52,966 bases of DNA, taken from the NCBI GenBank assembly GCA_025927415.1, contig JAICLK010000001.1:1-52966 (forward strand), read 5' to 3'. Below are positions 35,786 to 43,854 of this stretch, one piece after another. The stretch's first letter is position 1. Each line of letters opens with the position of its first letter. The stretch comes from Candidatus Saccharimonadota bacterium (GTDB lineage: Bacteria; Patescibacteriota; Saccharimonadia; Saccharimonadales; UBA4665). The notes beneath the pieces are model-generated. The model saw only the letters and a program-made list of their open reading frames with translations. It was not told the origin of the DNA and ran no database searches. Position numbers and translations under genes: made by a program.

Positions 35786-35970
35786 AGGACTTATGCACAT
35801 GAGTGCAGTTTGTTTCAAAAGTGAGCAACGCACACGAACCGTACTGTATGGTACGGTGGGTGGATTCGTCTTTCTTTTGCTGAGCTGCGGGCCCTGCTCG
35901 CAGAACAGCGAAAGAAGAATGATGTCGGAGCGCAGATTTTGGAGCAAAATGTGCCATGTGCATAAGTCCT
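35786..35970. repeat. 185-bp element bounded by perfect 16-bp terminal inverted repeats (AGGACTTATGCACATG ... CATGTGCATAAGTCCT)
   Basis: IR-L is 35786-35801 and IR-R is 35955-35970. IR-R overlaps the rpiB stop codon. Internal hairpins include ACCGTAC-TGTATG-GTACGGT. No credible ORF inside. Confidence 0.8.
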
Positions 35971-36418
35971 ATCGTGCCATTTCATCCATCTCTTTGATAC
36001 GGCGCTTGAAGCGGTCGGCGCCGGCGAAAGGCGTTTCCAGCCAAGCTTTTACAATTGCCTCGGCCTGATCTTTGTTGAGTAATCTCGCCGGCAAGCATAG
36101 CACATTGCTGTCGTCATCGTTACGCACCGAGCGCGCACTTGCCTCGTCCCAGCACAAGCTGGCACGGATGCCTTTGTAACGGTTGGCGGCCATGCACATG
36201 CCTTGGCCACTGCCGCACAGCAAAACAGCGCGCGGATCGGAATCGTCACTCGCCTTCAGGGCGGCCACAACCCGCGCCGCAAACTGCGGGAAGTCATCGT
36301 TTGGGTCGAGCTGCTGATCGCCGTCGTCTTCAACGTCATAACCCAAGTCACGCGCATACTCCATGAGTTGTGTCTTCAGTTCAAACCCGTTGTGGTCTGC
36401 TCCGAAATATATTTTCAT
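35969..36418 (-). CDS. rpiB: Ribose-5-phosphate isomerase B
   Basis: 149 aa. MKIYFGADHNGFELK and CGSGQGMCMAANRYKGIRA are RpiB/LacAB signatures. Confidence 0.9.
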   Translation of the reverse strand: MKIYFGADHNGFELKTQLMEYARDLGYDVEDDGDQQLDPNDDFPQFAARVVAALKASDDSDPRAVLLCGSGQGMCMAANRYKGIRASLCWDEASARSVRNDDDSNVLCLPARLLNKDQAEAIVKAWLETPFAGADRFKRRIKEMDEMAR

Positions 36419-36663
36419 TTTCTTTTCTTCTTCACTATTTTACGTGTTTCGGTCACACAAAGTGCGATGAGTGTCACCGCCACTGCAAACGCCACGAGAT
36501 TCAGTCCGTCATTGGAAACGATGACTACCGTTGACGTCCCGCAGCCGGCATACGCTGTTTCGCAAACATGGAAACGGTTGGTAGCTATGAACAGGACGAG
36601 GCCGCACACAGCGGCAATCGACAGTTCAACCATGAATATCATCGCGAATACTAACCTAGCCAT
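36415..36663 (-). CDS. Small hypothetical membrane protein (82 aa, two TM helices, Lys-rich C-terminus)
   Basis: ATGA overlap with the rpiB start, and it begins 8 nt after the gap stop. No family recognised. Confidence 0.5.
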   Translation of the reverse strand: MARLVFAMIFMVELSIAAVCGLVLFIATNRFHVCETAYAGCGTSTVVIVSNDGLNLVAFAVAVTLIALCVTETRKIVKKKRK

Positions 36664-36671
36664 GGCAAAAA

Positions 36672-37688
36672 CTACGCCTTGTGCAGCATTCGGCCGGCGT
36701 CGGCAACTACTTCTACTAGGCGGTTACTGTAGCCCCATTCGTTGTCGTACCACACCATAACCTTTGCCAGGTTACCGCCGACGACCTTCGTCAGCAGCAG
36801 GTCTACGGTGCCGGAGTGGCTGTTACCAATGTAGTCGGAACTTACGAGCGGTTCTTCGGATACATCCAGAATGCCTTGGTAAAATGGTTCTTTGGCAGCT
36901 TTTTTGAAGGTTTCGTTGAGTTCCTCAACGGTCACGTTGCGCTTGAGCACTGCGGTGACGTCGCTGAGCGAAACAACTGGGGTGGGAACGCGGATGCTCA
37001 GACCGTCGAACTTATCTTTCAACTGTGGCAGTGTCAGTGTGACAGCAATGGCAGCGCCAGTTGTGGTTGGCGTGATGTTCTCGGCACCATTGCGTCCTTC
37101 GCGTAAATCTTTCTTTGGCGCATCCTGAATCGCTTGGCTGGCAGTGTAGCTGTGGACAGTGGTCAGCATGCTCTTTTCGACGCCAAAGTGACCGTCTAAG
37201 ATAGCCATGACGGCACCCAGGCTGTTGGTAGTACAGCTAGCATTGCTAATAACTTCGGTAGAATCTTTCAACTTGTCGTCGTTTGCGCCAAGCACAATAG
37301 TGTCCACGCCGTCACTCTTCGTCGCGCTGCTGATAACGACCCGTTTAGCGCCGGCCGTGATGTGCTTGCCAGCGCCGTCCTTGTCGGTAAAGAAGCCGGT
37401 GCTTTCGATAACGACGTCGATTTCCAGATCTTTCCACGGCAGCACCGCAGGGTCTTTCTCGGCCAATACTTTCACCTTGTGACCATCGACGATGATATGC
37501 TCGTCGTCGTGGCTAACCTCTTTGTCGTAGGTGCCGTAGTTGCTGTCGTGCTTTAGCAGGTACGCCAGTGTTTTGGTGTCGGTTAGATCGTTGATGGCAA
37601 CGATTTCTAGGTCGTCGCGCGCAAACGCAATCTTAAAAGCGTTCCGGCCGATCCGTCCAAACCCGTTAATTGCTATTCGTGTTTTCAT
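36672..37688 (-). CDS. gap: Glyceraldehyde-3-phosphate dehydrogenase
   Basis: 338 aa. INGFGRIGR NAD-binding site and the active site SNASCTTNSL. Confidence 0.95.
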   Translation of the reverse strand: MKTRIAINGFGRIGRNAFKIAFARDDLEIVAINDLTDTKTLAYLLKHDSNYGTYDKEVSHDDEHIIVDGHKVKVLAEKDPAVLPWKDLEIDVVIESTGFFTDKDGAGKHITAGAKRVVISSATKSDGVDTIVLGANDDKLKDSTEVISNASCTTNSLGAVMAILDGHFGVEKSMLTTVHSYTASQAIQDAPKKDLREGRNGAENITPTTTGAAIAVTLTLPQLKDKFDGLSIRVPTPVVSLSDVTAVLKRNVTVEELNETFKKAAKEPFYQGILDVSEEPLVSSDYIGNSHSGTVDLLLTKVVGGNLAKVMVWYDNEWGYSNRLVEVVADAGRMLHKA

Positions 37689-37723
37689 GGTGCTCCCACT
37701 CGTTTTTAATTACTTATGCCTAC

Positions 37724-37752
37724 ATTGTAAAAGCATAAGCGACTTGGTGCAA
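37724..37752 (-). promoter_or_regulatory. Putative gap promoter TTGCAC (37752-37747), 17 nt, TACAAT (37729-37724)
   Basis: Read on the minus strand. The -35 box sits next to the upstream NUDIX stop codon. A ~35-nt leader carries a GGGAG SD. Confidence 0.5.
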
Positions 37753-37754
37753 GC

Positions 37755-38240
37755 CTAGACAGTTGCCGGCAGGTCGGTTGCTTCTATAAGTCGATCTATG
37801 CAACCCATCGCAAATGTCTTGGAAGCCGAGTATGCAAACTCTTGCCAGGCCTTTTGACGAGGTATGAAATCGCCAAATTTGTGTTCCTTAGGATCCGTTG
37901 TAATAGGCGGATCGCCAGGCATTGTAACTAGCGCATATTTTCTATGAATTACCTTTACCGTTCCATCCTCTTGTGGATACTGGCCGACGTATTCATCAAT
38001 ATATTGCAGATCATCTTCGGCAATTTCCAGGCCGGTTTCTTCAAACGTTTCGCGGACCGCGGCGCGTTGCCAGGTTTCGTCTTGCTCCACGCCGCCACCT
38101 GGCAAATCTGCCAGGCCAGCATTGTTTGGATCGTCGTCAGCTCGCCATAAAACTAAAAGATGGCCATCACTTTCACGCATGATGGCCACCCGGGCTACTT
38201 CAAATTGATTAATAATTGGTGTTTGTTGTAGTTGTTCCAT
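37755..38240 (-). CDS. NUDIX hydrolase
   Basis: Nudix box GGGVEQDETWQRAAVRETFEETGL. Confidence 0.8.
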   Translation of the reverse strand: MEQLQQTPIINQFEVARVAIMRESDGHLLVLWRADDDPNNAGLADLPGGGVEQDETWQRAAVRETFEETGLEIAEDDLQYIDEYVGQYPQEDGTVKVIHRKYALVTMPGDPPITTDPKEHKFGDFIPRQKAWQEFAYSASKTFAMGCIDRLIEATDLPATV

Positions 38241-38245
38241 ATCTA

Positions 38246-38274
38246 ATTGTAAGCATTAGAATGCTTTAGGTCAA
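38246..38274 (-). promoter_or_regulatory. Putative promoter TTGACC (38274-38269), 17 nt, TACAAT (38251-38246), 5 nt before ATG 38240
   Basis: Near-consensus hexamers were read on the minus strand. The spacer contains the palindrome AGCATT-AG-AATGCT. Confidence 0.55.
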
Positions 38275-38280
38275 CACTTT

Positions 38281-38715
38281 TTACAACGCTAGGCTGTTTG
38301 CTTGGACGTGTTCCAAAAATGCTCTTTGCGTGGCGGCATCGCACACTTTTAGCGCATCCTCAATCGACAGCCACTCGAAACGTTGATGTTCATGACTGAG
38401 CTGTGCCGCTTGACCCCTGGGTAGTTTAGCTATAAAGCCGAGCCACACCATATTAACCTCAGCTTTTACTTCGGTGTGATGACCAGTTTTTGTGAGCGCA
38501 AAGACCAGCTGGAGGTCCGATTCGTTGAGCCGAAGACCGGCTTCTTCCAATAGCTCACGTGCTGCGCCGGCAGGAATGTCTTCGCCCTCGTCTATGTTGC
38601 CGCCGGGAAAATCAAAGCCGCCAGGCCGGTGCCCATCGTCGGCTGCTCGCCACAAAACCAGCAAGTTGCCGGCGTCATCGAACACGATTGTCTTAGCGAT
38701 AATGCGCGTTTGCAT
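38281..38715 (-). CDS. NUDIX hydrolase
   Basis: Nudix box PGGNIDEGEDIPAGAARELLEEAGL. It starts immediately after the ppa stop. Confidence 0.8.
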   Translation of the reverse strand: MQTRIIAKTIVFDDAGNLLVLWRAADDGHRPGGFDFPGGNIDEGEDIPAGAARELLEEAGLRLNESDLQLVFALTKTGHHTEVKAEVNMVWLGFIAKLPRGQAAQLSHEHQRFEWLSIEDALKVCDAATQRAFLEHVQANSLAL

Positions 38716-39249
38716 TTACTTGCCGGCTTTGAAGCGCTCGACGCACTCGGCGATGATTTTTTTGGCTTCTTCGGCGTCGCCCCAGCCGAGCACCTTCGTG
38801 CTGCCAGGCTTTTTGAGGTCTTTGTAATGATTGAAGTGGTACTCGACCTTTTGCTTCCAACGATTGCCGAGGTCGTCCAGAGTTTTGATGCGGTCGCCGC
38901 TGTCGCGGTCGTCGGTCGGCACCAACACAATTTTGTAGTCCATCTCGCCGTCGTCTTCGAAGTTCATGATGCCCACAATGTTCGCCGCCAGCCACACGCC
39001 AGTCGGAATCGGTTCGCTGCAAACTACCAAAGTATCCAGTTCGTCGCCATCTTCGTCGAGAGTTTGCGGGATAAAGCCGTAGTTCACGGGCTTGGCAAAA
39101 ATGCTCGGCTCAACGCGGTCGATCATAAACGCGGCACGCGCCCGGTCCCACTCAATCTTCAAATGCGAGCCTTCCGAAATTTCGATTACCGTGTTTACGG
39201 TGCCATTTTGCCAGTCGCCCGGCTCCAAAACTTTATTAAAGTCAGCCAT
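38716..39249 (-). CDS. ppa: Inorganic pyrophosphatase (family I)
   Basis: 177 aa. VIEISEGSHLKIEWD and GFIPQTLDEDGDELDTLV match family I PPase metal-binding motifs. SD is GGAGG. Confidence 0.9.
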   Translation of the reverse strand: MADFNKVLEPGDWQNGTVNTVIEISEGSHLKIEWDRARAAFMIDRVEPSIFAKPVNYGFIPQTLDEDGDELDTLVVCSEPIPTGVWLAANIVGIMNFEDDGEMDYKIVLVPTDDRDSGDRIKTLDDLGNRWKQKVEYHFNHYKDLKKPGSTKVLGWGDAEEAKKIIAECVERFKAGK

Positions 39250-39304
39250 GTTGCCTCCGTTAAAAATTAAAAATGTCTGTTGGTATTGTACACTGAATAG
39301 TAGT

Positions 39305-39925
39305 ATGACAAAAATCGTTGGGCACCGCGGCGCACGCGGATTGGCGCCAGAAAATACTATCGAATCTATCGAGGCTGCGCTGGCTCACCACGTGGATGGT
39401 GTAGAGATTGATGTTCGCGTGACGGCCGAGGGCGCAGTTGTGTTGTCGCACGATCCGCTTATCCGCGAACACACTTACGCAGAGCTGAAGAAACAAAAGC
39501 CGAATCTCGCCACACTGGAAGAAGCACTCGATGCCACTCGTGGAAAATGCGCGCTGCTGGTTGAAATAAAACCAGACGAACCGGTTGGACCAATCGCAAA
39601 AATTCTGCGCGGGCAGAAAGGCGTTTCGGTGCTTTCATTCAGCCAGAAAATCTTGCTGGAAGTTAAAAAAGAACTGCCCGGCGTGACGCTGGTCGTCAAC
39701 GAAAAATGGTCGGGTGTGCGCGCCCACTATCGGCTGCGCCAGCTCGGCACCAAACATTTGCAAATGAACCAACGCTGGCTGTGGTGCGGTTTTCTGTGGA
39801 GTGTGCACCGAAGCGGTATTTTAATCACTCCCTACACGGTCAACTCGCCCGCGCAAGCCAAACGCTGGGCACCCTACATCGACGGCATCATCACTGATTA
39901 TCCGGACAGATTCGAGAAAAACTAA
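39305..39925 (+). CDS. Glycerophosphodiester phosphodiesterase (GlpQ/UgpQ family, no signal peptide seen)
   Basis: MTKIVGHRGARGLAPENTIESI...VEIDVRVTAEGAVVLSHD is the GDPD signature. The ORF-track start at 39092 overlaps ppa and was rejected. Confidence 0.8.
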   Translation: MTKIVGHRGARGLAPENTIESIEAALAHHVDGVEIDVRVTAEGAVVLSHDPLIREHTYAELKKQKPNLATLEEALDATRGKCALLVEIKPDEPVGPIAKILRGQKGVSVLSFSQKILLEVKKELPGVTLVVNEKWSGVRAHYRLRQLGTKHLQMNQRWLWCGFLWSVHRSGILITPYTVNSPAQAKRWAPYIDGIITDYPDRFEKN

Positions 39926-39926
39926 C

Positions 39927-40910
39927 ATGGCATCACTCAAGATTTTCTCACCAACCGAATATGTTGAAGCACTGACGCGCGACATTACCCAGGCGAAACA
40001 ACGGGTTGTGCTCTTTAGCCACATCATCGGTTACGACGACAGCACCCGGACGCTCATCGATGCGCTTTGTTTCGCTGCCGAGCGCGGCGTTACGGTAGAA
40101 GTAGCCGGCGATGTGTTCACCTACGGCATTATGGGTGGCTGGAAAGGCACACCGTTTCGGCCGGGCAAGCGCGTTCGCGCGCTTCGTGCCATGGTCAAAA
40201 AACTGCGCAAAAGCGGTGTGGAATACCAGTGGATCGGCCAGCTCGGCCCCTTTCTTTTTGCTGGGCGCACGCACATTAAATGGTGCGTGGTAGACGATAA
40301 AGTGTACGCTTTTGGCGGCGTGAACTTGTACGAGCAAGGCATGCGAACTGCCGACTACATGCTTGGTGGCGAAGATGCAATGTTGGCCGATCAAATTGTC
40401 GAGGAACACGAACGCATCATCCGCGTCAACCGCCAAGGCCGAGCGTATGCCAGCCACGAGTTCGCCAGCGCATTCGGTAATGTCTTGATAGACGGCGGCC
40501 GCCTGTTCGACTCCATTATCTATAAGCGCGCTTGCGAGCTGGCGCAAAAAGCTAGCGACATCACGTTTGTTTCACAGTACTGCCCAACCGGCAGGCTGGG
40601 TAAAATTATGAAGCAGCGCGGTGCCAAGCTCTACTTCAGCCGATGGAAGTCCGCCCGCGGCCTGAACCGATTCCTCATCCGCACCAGTATGTTCTCCACT
40701 GGCTATAAAACGCTGTACCGCCGCAGGACATTCATTCATGCTAAATGCATCATCTTTGCCATGCCGAGCGGCAAAAAAGTCGCCCTCACCGGCACGCACA
40801 ATTTCGTACGTGGTGGCGTGGTACTCGGCACTCGCGAAATTGCGCTGGAATCGTCCGACCCACAGATCATCACCGAACTTGAAGCATTTTTACACGAGTA
40901 TATATATTAG
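39927..40910 (+). CDS. Phospholipase D superfamily protein (two HKD motifs; phospholipid synthase/hydrolase-like)
   Basis: HKD motifs are HIKWCVVDD and HAKCIIF...GTHNF. It starts 1 nt after the GDPD stop. Confidence 0.7.
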   Translation: MASLKIFSPTEYVEALTRDITQAKQRVVLFSHIIGYDDSTRTLIDALCFAAERGVTVEVAGDVFTYGIMGGWKGTPFRPGKRVRALRAMVKKLRKSGVEYQWIGQLGPFLFAGRTHIKWCVVDDKVYAFGGVNLYEQGMRTADYMLGGEDAMLADQIVEEHERIIRVNRQGRAYASHEFASAFGNVLIDGGRLFDSIIYKRACELAQKASDITFVSQYCPTGRLGKIMKQRGAKLYFSRWKSARGLNRFLIRTSMFSTGYKTLYRRRTFIHAKCIIFAMPSGKKVALTGTHNFVRGGVVLGTREIALESSDPQIITELEAFLHEYIY

Positions 40911-40994
40911 TAGGTATTACATACAATTCTTTGCCATCAAGAAGACCGTTGGCGGCGCAAGAGTCGAATTGGCCCCGAGCTCGACTACTAGAAG

Positions 40995-41426
40995 TTATAT
41001 ACCAAAAGCGGATTTAAGGGCAGTAGCTTGGCTTTGCGTTATAGTGCCGTCCGAAACACTTTCGTCAATTAACGGTGTAATGCGGGACGCTAATTGACCA
41101 CTAAACCCAGCGGGTATTTCGGACTTTATGTCGTTCACTTTTGCAGGGTTGACGCTACCATCTGTATTAAAAAAGCTTTTAATCACACTCTGCCTCTTCG
41201 CCGCAGCGTTACTATTGGTTCCCGAAGAAGACTCCGAGGAAGATTCTGACCCCGTACCGAGGCTGGCACGCAAACTCCTCAATTTAGAAACTTGTGGCAA
41301 CACTATCACTACCGCCGCTACGATTAAGCAAACTGAACAGACACCCGCTATGATAAAAGCTCTGGTCTTAGTCGAAAGTTTTTTAAAAGAACCTCTTTCA
41401 TTGCTCGGCTGTCGGCTTTCGTCCAT
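40995..41426 (-). CDS. Hypothetical membrane-anchored protein with a Ser-rich linker (143 aa)
   Basis: N-terminal TM helix AFIIAGVCSVCLIVAAVVIVL followed by GSESSSESSSG. No family recognised. Confidence 0.5.
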   Translation of the reverse strand: MDESRQPSNERGSFKKLSTKTRAFIIAGVCSVCLIVAAVVIVLPQVSKLRSLRASLGTGSESSSESSSGTNSNAAAKRQSVIKSFFNTDGSVNPAKVNDIKSEIPAGFSGQLASRITPLIDESVSDGTITQSQATALKSAFGI

Positions 41427-41526
41427 AACTACTCCTTTTATCCTTTCACTTATTTCCAGGCATGGTGCGCCGGATAGATAACGTTGCTTGTCATACCTTT
41501 CATACTTACCATACTCATAAATTAAA

Positions 41527-41550
41527 CAGGCTTAGACTTTAGAAAGCCTG
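41527..41550 (-). terminator. Hairpin CAGGCTT-N10-AAGCCTG downstream of the MMPL gene, followed on the minus strand by UUUAAUUUAU
   Basis: 7-bp perfect stem located ~50 nt after the MMPL stop. The U-rich tract is imperfect. Confidence 0.5.
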
Positions 41551-41601
41551 AACGAATGGGACGCTTACGAACGGATCGGGACTATGACCCTTGCACGCCT
41601 A

Positions 41602-43854
41602 TCATGAGGATGACGTTTTGGCTGCATTACGCCATAACTTCGATGGCCACCAATTCCAGCGATCGAGCAGCACGGCTATTGAGGGCACGAACAAAGTACG
41701 GACAAAGAACGTATCAAGCAAGATGCCAAACGCTATAGAGAAACCAACCTGTTGCACTTGCGGGTTGCCTTGTCCCGCAACGCCCAACGCCGCGAACGTA
41801 CCGGCGAGGATTAATCCCGCCGAGGTGATCGTGCCGCCGGTAAAACCGATGGCATTGGTGACCGCTTCTTTGAGGGAAATGTTGCCATGCGCTTCCTCGC
41901 GAATTCGACTCATCACCAAGATGTTATAATCCTCGCCCAGCGCCATCGTGAAGACGAACATCATGAATGGTAGCAGGAAGCTGATGCTGGGTTGGTTACC
42001 AAAGTGCACAAACACGATCATGGCAAAGCCTAGGCTGGCCAGGTATGACAGGCCAACCGTCAGTATCAAGTACCACGGTGCGACGAGACTACGCAGCAGA
42101 ATCGCGAGGAGCACAGCAATGAGTATCAGCACAACCGGTACGATCCGCTTTAAGTCGTCCGTAGAAGTATGGCCAATGTCATATGAGGCAGCATCTTGTC
42201 CGGCAACACCATTGCTTGAGGCACCGACACTACCGGCAACTTGAGCTAAGGTTGACCGGACTTGCGGAATGGCATTGATTGCCGCTTGGCTGCCGCCAGC
42301 TCCAGCCCGCAACGTGGCGACGAACTGCACTGTGCGGCCATCGGGACTAATAAACGCGGAGGTTGCTCGATATGCTTGGTATAGCGCAGGCGATACTTTG
42401 CTATCGGCGGCCGGCACGGGTGATAAAGTAGCCGCTGCTCCCAGTTCACCATGAAGGTCTGTGACTTGGGCGGGGGTCAGGATGGTGAGCGGCCCGTTAA
42501 CCGTTTGAAATACACTAGAACTACTCAGTTCCTGCTGCGCTTTTACTAGCACATTTGGGTCATTCCACACTGGATCCTTGAAAGTTAGCAGTAAGCTCTC
42601 AGGGCTCGTACTCGCTTTGGAAAAGTGGGCGCTGATAACATTGGCACCCTGTGCGGAATCGCTGGTGGCCGGGGCGGTGGTGCCAGTGGTGAAGCCACCG
42701 ACTTTGTAGCCGATAATGCCGGAGGCAAGAGCGCCAAAAATGACAACACCCACAACTAGCATAACAACCGGCCGCTGGATAACTTTGTCAGCTAACCGCC
42801 CCCACATCCCGATAGTAGGCTGGCCAGTTTTAGCCTCGAACGGCCAGAAGGCTGCTTTGCCAAAAATGGTGAGGAGTGCTGGCAGGAGAGTCAGACCGGC
42901 CAGCAGCATGATACCAATGCTGATACTAAGCGCCGGTCCAAGCCCATGGTAAATACCGAACGACGCGAGCAAAAGACACAACAATGCGGCAATGACCGTG
43001 GCAGCCGAAAAAGTAATTGACTCGCCAACTCGCGACACCGCCCGCACCACGGCCTCTTTTGGTTGTAAACCACGCCGCAACTCCTCACGAACACGGAATA
43101 CCAAGAATAACCCGTAGTCAGTACCAGCGCCGAGGATTAGCACAATCAGGAGCAGCTGTGTAATGGGGCTGGCCTGTATCCAGCCGCGCTTCGTGATTTC
43201 TGCAATAACCGGACTCGATAGCGTAAGCGTCAGGATGGCGGGCAGCAAGGTAATGAATGGGGCAAGCAGTGAACGGTACACCAGGAACAGCAAAACGATA
43301 ATAAGTATGAGAGAGTATTTCTGAGTATTCCCTTTGTTTTTGTTGTTTTGGTTGTTGGCATCAACCGAGCTAGCTAGACCACTGGTGAGGTGTGCTTGTA
43401 CGCTCAGAGGTAGCTGGTAGAATTCCGCGCGCACTTGATTTACTACACTTTGTGCAGCCGGTGAAGTGGCAGAGATATCGAAACCTACCAACGCTTCGCG
43501 ACCCTGCCCGTCTTTGGATGTACCCTGATCTCGTACCGTTATGACGTGGGGAACCGATTTCACGGATTGCTCTACCTGCGTGATAGCTTGGTTATCTGCC
43601 GCTGTAAGATCTCCCGATGCCGTTGAGACTACTATGGTGGCAGTTGAGGCTGCCTTACCTTGGAAAGGGGTAAGCAGGTTGGTCGCTTGCTGGCTTGCGC
43701 TGCTTGCCGGTAAGAATTTGACATTATTCGTGTTCGTAACGCTGGCGAGCGAGGGCAACGTTTTAACTGCTAATGGTACCGCGATAATCCACGCAATTAA
43801 AATAAACCAACGAAATTTAACGGAAAATTTGCCTATAGTTTGGAACACGTTCAT
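41602..43854 (-). CDS. MMPL/RND-superfamily membrane transporter
   Basis: 750 aa with two blocks of multiple TM helices separated by soluble loops, as in MMPL architecture. An example segment is GTDYGLFLVFRVREELRRG. Confidence 0.85.
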   Translation of the reverse strand: MNVFQTIGKFSVKFRWFILIAWIIAVPLAVKTLPSLASVTNTNNVKFLPASSASQQATNLLTPFQGKAASTATIVVSTASGDLTAADNQAITQVEQSVKSVPHVITVRDQGTSKDGQGREALVGFDISATSPAAQSVVNQVRAEFYQLPLSVQAHLTSGLASSVDANNQNNKNKGNTQKYSLILIIVLLFLVYRSLLAPFITLLPAILTLTLSSPVIAEITKRGWIQASPITQLLLIVLILGAGTDYGLFLVFRVREELRRGLQPKEAVVRAVSRVGESITFSAATVIAALLCLLLASFGIYHGLGPALSISIGIMLLAGLTLLPALLTIFGKAAFWPFEAKTGQPTIGMWGRLADKVIQRPVVMLVVGVVIFGALASGIIGYKVGGFTTGTTAPATSDSAQGANVISAHFSKASTSPESLLLTFKDPVWNDPNVLVKAQQELSSSSVFQTVNGPLTILTPAQVTDLHGELGAAATLSPVPAADSKVSPALYQAYRATSAFISPDGRTVQFVATLRAGAGGSQAAINAIPQVRSTLAQVAGSVGASSNGVAGQDAASYDIGHTSTDDLKRIVPVVLILIAVLLAILLRSLVAPWYLILTVGLSYLASLGFAMIVFVHFGNQPSISFLLPFMMFVFTMALGEDYNILVMSRIREEAHGNISLKEAVTNAIGFTGGTITSAGLILAGTFAALGVAGQGNPQVQQVGFSIAFGILLDTFFVRTLFVPSIAVLLDRWNWWPSKLWRNAAKTSSS

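Noticed and set aside
35772-36068. 63-aa minus-strand and 91-aa plus-strand ORFs, both starting MHM..., in the rpiB-rpe spacer
   Set aside because: Both start codons are artefacts of the ATGCACATG core of the inverted repeats. The 91-aa ORF runs antisense into rpiB, and there is no SD.
39092-39304. N-terminal extension of the GDPD ORF
   Set aside because: It overlaps ppa in antisense. The GDPD signature starts right after ATG 39305.
40911-40994. Possible tRNA or terminator in the PLD/143-aa convergent gap (GAGTCGAATTGGCC...)
   Set aside because: There is no cloverleaf: no T-arm GGTTCGAnnCC and no acceptor pairing. There is only a 6-bp AGTCGA/TCGACT stem with no U tract. No tRNA genes were recognised anywhere in the window.
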